NCBI GenBank assembly: GCA_050253415.1
Contig: JBFWJC010000004.1
Location: 1-64,000 of the forward strand
Length of the DNA: 64,000 bases
Source: Pedobacter sp.
GTDB taxonomy: Bacteria; Desulfobacterota; Desulfuromonadia; Desulfuromonadales; Syntrophotaleaceae
Direction of reading: 5' to 3'
In this document: positions 58,784 to 64,000 of the stretch, one piece after another
Position numbering within the stretch: the first letter of the stretch is position 1
How the letters are laid out: each line of letters opens with the position of its first letter
Translations under genes and position numbers: made by a program
The notes under the pieces: generated by a model
The model's input: the letters and a program-made list of their open reading frames with translations, nothing else
What the model was told of the DNA's origin: nothing
Databases searched by the model: none

Positions 58784-60442
58784 TCAAATCTCAGACTCTT
58801 GAGTTGGCAGATGAATGACAAATTTAGCACCGCCGTCGGTGCGGTTTTCCAACTCAAGTGTGCCACCATGGGCCTCAATGATGCTATGTACCGTAGCCAA
58901 CCCCAAACCAGTTCCGTGATCTTTAGTGGTAAAGAAAGGGTCATAGATTTTTTGCCGCAACAACGGTGGCACACCTGCCCCGGAATCGGCTACGATCAAA
59001 TCTTGACTCAATGGATCATAGGAAAAAACCACATTTCCTCCCGCCGGCATAGCTTCGGCGGCATTGATAAGAAGATTCCAGAGCGCCTGTCGCAATTGAT
59101 TGCGATCCCCATAAAGCAAAGCATCATGTGGACAGGAGCGCTGCAATTCAATGGCTGCAAAGCGTCTATCGCCGGCGCAAAGATCAGAAAGTTCGTGTAC
59201 CAGTTCTGCAGCTTTAAACCAATGCTTTTCCGGTTGAGATGGACGGGCAAAAAGCAGAAATTCCTGCAAAAGATGATTAAGTCGATCGACTTCCTTAACT
59301 ACGATATTCATCAAATGACGATCTTCGCTGCCAAGCGCAGTATTTTCCCGAAGTAATTGTACCGAACCACTTATGGATGCCAGCGGATTGCGTATCTCAT
59401 GAGCCAAACCGGCAGCCAATTGCCCGACAGCGGCAAGACGGTCCGTGCGCTTAAGCCTCTCTTCCATTTCCTTCAAGTGGCTTAAATCCTGAAAAGTAAT
59501 CAGTAGACCATCGACATGCTGGGTTGGGTCCGTCAGAATTGAAGTATTGTACCCAACAGGGCGAGAATGGCCACTACAGTCCACAAGTGATCCTTCTCCC
59601 CTGGTGATCACCTGAAATTGTCCATCCACCAGCAAAGACTGCCCCGGAAGATAGTTGGAGACATTGGCATTGTATAATTCGCTAAAATTTGCCCCTAGCA
59701 TCTCCTCTGCAGCGGCATTAAGTGAGCGAATACGCTGTTGGCGATCGACGATTAATAAACCGCTGGCCATGTTAGCAAGGATTGCCCGATTAAGTCTCTC
59801 TAGTTCTCCATAATCTACTTCTATCTTCTGCCGCACATCTTCGCTGTGCCTCAGGCGGCTGACCAGCAAGCCACCGAGCACTCCGACAATCAGAAAGGCA
59901 AAAACATTAATAAAAAGTGTGTAAAGGGTCTCGACTCCGTCAGCCTCCATCGAAACAGAGACACCTGGCAACGGCGGTAAAAACCTATAGTATTGAAGAT
60001 TAACCAAGCTACCGTAGAGAATTGCCGCAGCGGAAGCAACCAACAGCACATCTCTGCGGGAAAGAAGCAATACGCTGCTCAGAATTACAAGAATATAAAA
60101 AGATGAAAAAAGGCTGACAATGCCACCAGTCAGATAAATCAAAAAAGTGGCGAAGAGCAAATCCCAAACGATCTGAGCCTGCGCTAACCATCGCATCGGC
60201 CCCAATTTTTTCACACATACCAGCGAAACCAAAGCTTGAAGATACGATATTGCGATCAACGCATAAAAGTAACGAAGAGCTGCCCACTGTTGCCCTGCGT
60301 TGCCTTGAATCTGAAATAAAATGGAACCGCCTAGAAAAAGGCTGATAACCAGCATGCGGATTCCAAGAAACCAGCGCATCAGCCTGGGTGTCAACCGCTG
60401 GCAACCGAGCCATGACAACGTACTAGGTAATTTGGGAGACAT
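58784..60442 (-). CDS. pilS: Sensor histidine kinase PilS
   Basis: TM region, PAS, AHEIRNPL, DSGAG, PFFTTK..GTGLGL. Confidence 0.92.
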   Translation of the reverse strand: MSPKLPSTLSWLGCQRLTPRLMRWFLGIRMLVISLFLGGSILFQIQGNAGQQWAALRYFYALIAISYLQALVSLVCVKKLGPMRWLAQAQIVWDLLFATFLIYLTGGIVSLFSSFYILVILSSVLLLSRRDVLLVASAAAILYGSLVNLQYYRFLPPLPGVSVSMEADGVETLYTLFINVFAFLIVGVLGGLLVSRLRHSEDVRQKIEVDYGELERLNRAILANMASGLLIVDRQQRIRSLNAAAEEMLGANFSELYNANVSNYLPGQSLLVDGQFQVITRGEGSLVDCSGHSRPVGYNTSILTDPTQHVDGLLITFQDLSHLKEMEERLKRTDRLAAVGQLAAGLAHEIRNPLASISGSVQLLRENTALGSEDRHLMNIVVKEVDRLNHLLQEFLLFARPSQPEKHWFKAAELVHELSDLCAGDRRFAAIELQRSCPHDALLYGDRNQLRQALWNLLINAAEAMPAGGNVVFSYDPLSQDLIVADSGAGVPPLLRQKIYDPFFTTKDHGTGLGLATVHSIIEAHGGTLELENRTDGGAKFVIHLPTQESEI

Positions 60443-61659
60443 CAGCCGCCGACAGTTCCCGCGATTTTGAAAATCGGCAGATACATGGCAATGACCAGAC
60501 CACCAACGGTGGTCCCAAGAAACAGCATAAGCATCGGTTCCATCATTGCGGTCAGATTACCCACCGCATCATCAACCTCATCGTCATAGAAGTCAGCGAT
60601 TTTATTCAGCATGCTGTCTATGGATCCGGATTGCTCACCAACAGCGATCATCTGACATACCATCGCGGGGAAAACACCTGTTTTTTCGAGAGGTTCTGCA
60701 ATGGTCTTACCTTCACTGATACTCTTTCGAACCTTCATGATGGCACTTTCAACGGTCTTGTTACCGGCAGTTTTGGCTACGATATCAAGACCATCAAGAA
60801 TCGGTACCCCACTGGAAATCATGGTACCCAATGTACGAGAAAATTTAGCAACAGCTACCTTGCGAATAAGCGGCCCGAATACTGGCAATTTAAGAGAATA
60901 AGCATCAACAAGAGCCCGCCCCTTTGGCGTAGCGTAAAACCGTTTAAAAAGAAAGACAAACAACATGAATGCACCGATGATGGCAATAATCCAACTTCTG
61001 ATAAAATCGCTGATATTGATGACAATCTGGGTAGGAACTGGCAGCGCACCGCCGAAATCAGCAAACATTTTTTGAAAAGAAGGAATAACGAACACCATTA
61101 TGACGCCAATGACAATAACTGCGATCCCGACTACCGTGGCGGGGTAGGTCATGGCGCCTTTAACTTTTTTCTTCAGCTTATGCGCTTTTTCCAGATAGGC
61201 AGCCAACCGATTGAGGATGGTATCCAGAATACCGCCGACTTCACCGGCCGCTACCAGGTTAACAAAAAGCTCATCGAATATTTTAGGGTGTTTCTTCAAT
61301 GCATCGGCAAAGGTAGACCCCGACTCGACACTTTCTTTAACCTCTACCAGAACTTTTTTCAGTATTTTATTTTCCTGCTGACGCCCGAGAATATCCAGGC
61401 ATTGAACCAGGGCCAGACCGGCGTCAATCATGGTGGCAAACTGACGGGTAAAGACCACCAGATCCTTGGTGGTTACCTTGCCGCCGAAACCAGGGATGTT
61501 TATATCGACATCCAAGCCCTTGCCACGTTCTTTAATTTTGGCGGGCAGGATACCCTGACGCCGCAGTTGTGCTCCAACTGCCGCCTCGTTGGGCGCTTCC
61601 ATTTCACCCTTTTGCATATCTCCGCTGCGGGTTTTCCCTTCCCACGCAAACTTGGCCAC
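60442..61659 (-). CDS. pilC: Type IV pilus platform protein PilC
   Basis: FTRQFATMIDAG, AGEVGGILD, GEQSG, AMYLPIF. Confidence 0.96.
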   Translation of the reverse strand: MAKFAWEGKTRSGDMQKGEMEAPNEAAVGAQLRRQGILPAKIKERGKGLDVDINIPGFGGKVTTKDLVVFTRQFATMIDAGLALVQCLDILGRQQENKILKKVLVEVKESVESGSTFADALKKHPKIFDELFVNLVAAGEVGGILDTILNRLAAYLEKAHKLKKKVKGAMTYPATVVGIAVIVIGVIMVFVIPSFQKMFADFGGALPVPTQIVINISDFIRSWIIAIIGAFMLFVFLFKRFYATPKGRALVDAYSLKLPVFGPLIRKVAVAKFSRTLGTMISSGVPILDGLDIVAKTAGNKTVESAIMKVRKSISEGKTIAEPLEKTGVFPAMVCQMIAVGEQSGSIDSMLNKIADFYDDEVDDAVGNLTAMMEPMLMLFLGTTVGGLVIAMYLPIFKIAGTVGG

Positions 61660-61826
61660 GCGCTACCTCCTTTTATACGATCGCTGCATGCTGCAGCCGG
61701 TAGTTGTAATGTCAAACCTATTGGCTGAAGCCGCCGATGCAAACCACATGTCCGTCCACGGGCACGATAAAAAGTCTCTTGATTACGTGTTATGCCTCAG
61801 CCGGACCTGATCTATAAAATCCAGAG

Positions 61827-62951
61827 CTACTGACTAACATGAATCTGTCGTTTGAGAACGGCAGCGGGGTTGGCCATCATTTGCTTAAGTTCGTCCGGCT
61901 CGGGCGACCGCGTCAAAGCCGTGTCTACGGAGATCAATTTTCGGTAGCTGAGCATAAACAAAGACTGATTCATGGTCTGCATACCATAGCGTTCCTGACC
62001 CATTTGCATTTGGGAATAAATCTGATGGATTTTATCGTCACGAATCAGAGCCCGGATGGCTGTATTGGGGACCATGACTTCCAAGGACAGGATTCGACCC
62101 TGCCCTGATGCTTTTGGCAACAGGTTCTGCGAAAGAACACCTTCTAGAACGAAGGACAGTTGAGTACGCACCTGGGATTGTTGATTGGTGGGAAAAACAT
62201 CGACGATACGGTTGATAGTTTGCACACAAGAATTGGTATGCAAAGTAGCAAAGCAAAGATGCCCGGTTTCGGCGATTGTTAAAGCGGCCTCAATGGTTTC
62301 AAGGTCGCGCAATTCGCCAAGCAGAACCACATCGGGGTCCTGGCGCAAAATATACTTCAGCGCTTTCTTAAATGAATGCGTATCGGAACCAACCTCTCGC
62401 TGATTTACCAGACAGTTCTTGTGAGGATGGATATATTCGATCGGATCTTCGATGGTAATAATATGTTCGTGACGATTTTCATTGATGGAATCGATAATGG
62501 AAGCCAAGGTGGTTGACTTGCCACTACCGGTCGGGCCGGTGACCAGCACCAGCCCGCGGGGTTTACGCGACAACTCCTTAACCACAGGCGGCAAGCCCAA
62601 CTCTTCGAAACTTAAAAATTTGTACGGGATCATCCTGAACGCCCCGGCCAAGGCTCCGCGCTGCAGATAAATATTGCCACGGAAACGAGCCAGCCCCTTG
62701 ACACCGAAGGATAGATCGAGTTCGTTTTCTTCCTCGAATTTGCGTTTTTGCATATCCGTCAGGATGCTGTAACAAAGTTGTTTGGTTTCAGCCGGCTGTA
62801 AAGGAGGATGTTTAAGCCCCGTAACCTGCCCATCCACTCGCACCTGAGGTGGCGCACCCGTGGTGATATGAAGATCGGAAGCGCCCATTTCAACCATGGT
62901 CTTCAACAGATCACGAATCCCGAGTTTAACGTGTTGTTCCGATTCCTGCAT
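61827..62951 (-). CDS. pilT: Retraction ATPase PilT
   Basis: ASDLH, GPTGSGKSTT, TIEDPIE, AETGHL, AIRALIR, GMQT. Confidence 0.96.
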   Translation of the reverse strand: MQESEQHVKLGIRDLLKTMVEMGASDLHITTGAPPQVRVDGQVTGLKHPPLQPAETKQLCYSILTDMQKRKFEEENELDLSFGVKGLARFRGNIYLQRGALAGAFRMIPYKFLSFEELGLPPVVKELSRKPRGLVLVTGPTGSGKSTTLASIIDSINENRHEHIITIEDPIEYIHPHKNCLVNQREVGSDTHSFKKALKYILRQDPDVVLLGELRDLETIEAALTIAETGHLCFATLHTNSCVQTINRIVDVFPTNQQSQVRTQLSFVLEGVLSQNLLPKASGQGRILSLEVMVPNTAIRALIRDDKIHQIYSQMQMGQERYGMQTMNQSLFMLSYRKLISVDTALTRSPEPDELKQMMANPAAVLKRQIHVSQ

Positions 62952-63071
62952 ATTTTGAGTAGTCCTCCCCAAATAAAATCTAAATATTAAAGTCGCTCCA
63001 CAAGTGGTAGCTAAGACTTCAATTGGCTGAACATTTAAAGAATCAACAACTTAAGCAGTCTAACCAGCAAC

Positions 63072-64000
63072 TCAATCATCCGACACAGTACAACGCAAGA
63101 CTTCCTCGAAAGAGGTCACGCCTTCTTTGAGTTTAAGCAATGCAGATTGGCGCATGGTCTTGACGCCAAGACGCATCGACTCACGTTTTATCTCAGCCGT
63201 ATTGGCTCCAGCCAGAATCAGCTCCCGAATTTCTTCAAACATGGGCATGACCTGGTAAATACCTACGCGTCCTTTATATCCGGTATTGTTGCAAATATCG
63301 CACCCTACACCGCGATAACAAACATATTCATCGACTTCCTCCGGTGATACCCCGGCATCAATAAGAGCCTGTTTGGGAATTTCTTCCGGCTCTTTGCATT
63401 CCTTACAGACTCGTCGACCCAAACGTTGCGCCGTAATCAGGTTAACCGCGGAAGCGACAAGAAAGGGTTCTATCCCCATGTTAAGCATGCGACTGATGGT
63501 ACTGGGAGCATCATTGGTATGCAAAGTCGACAACACCATATGCCCGGTCAAAGCCGCCTTGATTCCAATTTCTGCAGTTTCAAAGTCACGGATCTCGCCA
63601 ATCATGATGATATCCGGGTCCTGGCGTAAAAAGGAACGTAAGGCGGCGGCAAAGTTGAGTCCGATCTCCTCATGCATGTGCACTTGGTTGATACCGGCAA
63701 AGTTAAATTCGACCGGATCTTCGGCCGTTGAGATATTGAGCGTACTGTCGTTCAGTTCAGCCAGAGCGGAATAGAGAGAAACGGTCTTACCCGATCCGGT
63801 CGGTCCGGTAACCAAGACCATGCCAAAGGGTTTATGAATAGCTTCCTTGAACCATTTAAGAGGCTGTTCGTCGTAACCAAGCTTGGTCATATCGAGTTGC
63901 AGGTTGGACTTATCCAGAAGTCGGCAGACGATTTTTTCACCGAACAGCGTGGGCAGACAACTGACCCGGTAGTCCATATCTTTGCCGCCGGGCAATTTTA
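63072..64000 (-). CDS. pilB: Assembly ATPase PilB (partial, 5' end outside window)
   Basis: GPTGSGKT, AEDPVE, LRQDPD, tetracysteine motif, GYKGR. Confidence 0.96.
   Translation of the reverse strand, partial: KLPGGKDMDYRVSCLPTLFGEKIVCRLLDKSNLQLDMTKLGYDEQPLKWFKEAIHKPFGMVLVTGPTGSGKTVSLYSALAELNDSTLNISTAEDPVEFNFAGINQVHMHEEIGLNFAAALRSFLRQDPDIIMIGEIRDFETAEIGIKAALTGHMVLSTLHTNDAPSTISRMLNMGIEPFLVASAVNLITAQRLGRRVCKECKEPEEIPKQALIDAGVSPEEVDEYVCYRGVGCDICNNTGYKGRVGIYQVMPMFEEIRELILAGANTAEIKRESMRLGVKTMRQSALLKLKEGVTSFEEVLRCTVSDD

Noticed and set aside
60631..61728. 365-aa plus-strand ORF
   Set aside because: Antisense shadow of pilC.

Overview
The gene content and the short PilA point to a Desulfuromonadales (Desulfuromonas/Geobacter-like) chromosome; this assignment is inferred. 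The window has two parts. (1) 1-~18.5 kb is an accessory island. It starts with a Gamma-Mobile-Trio-like recombinase trio (gmtY-gmtZ-gmtX), with gmtY cut by an IS3-family element. Next comes a ~1.07-kb non-coding hierarchical repeat array (19-bp monomer, 133-bp unit, partial 266-bp higher-order period). A chain of small cargo modules follows, separated by recurring boundary motifs. The cargo includes integron-type cassettes with attC-like sites but no integrase, a TetR/OYE/EthD module, an epimerase plus glycosyltransferase-like pair, and three orphan antitoxins. The island ends at an intact tRNA-Leu(TAA) that sits beside a 27-nt 5' stub of a different tRNA-Leu. (2) 18.6-64 kb is core genome, all on the minus strand: pilB-pilT-pilC-pilS-pilR, a short aromatic-rich pilA(-N) and pilA-C, xap-like ABC and O-oligosaccharyltransferase genes, a Wzm/Wzt glycan cluster, pilD, pilMNOPQ, aroC-aroB-TPR-roadblock-aroQ-peptidase-accB-accC, a TolC-family gene and mqnA. 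All calls come from reading motifs by eye; no database searches were run.
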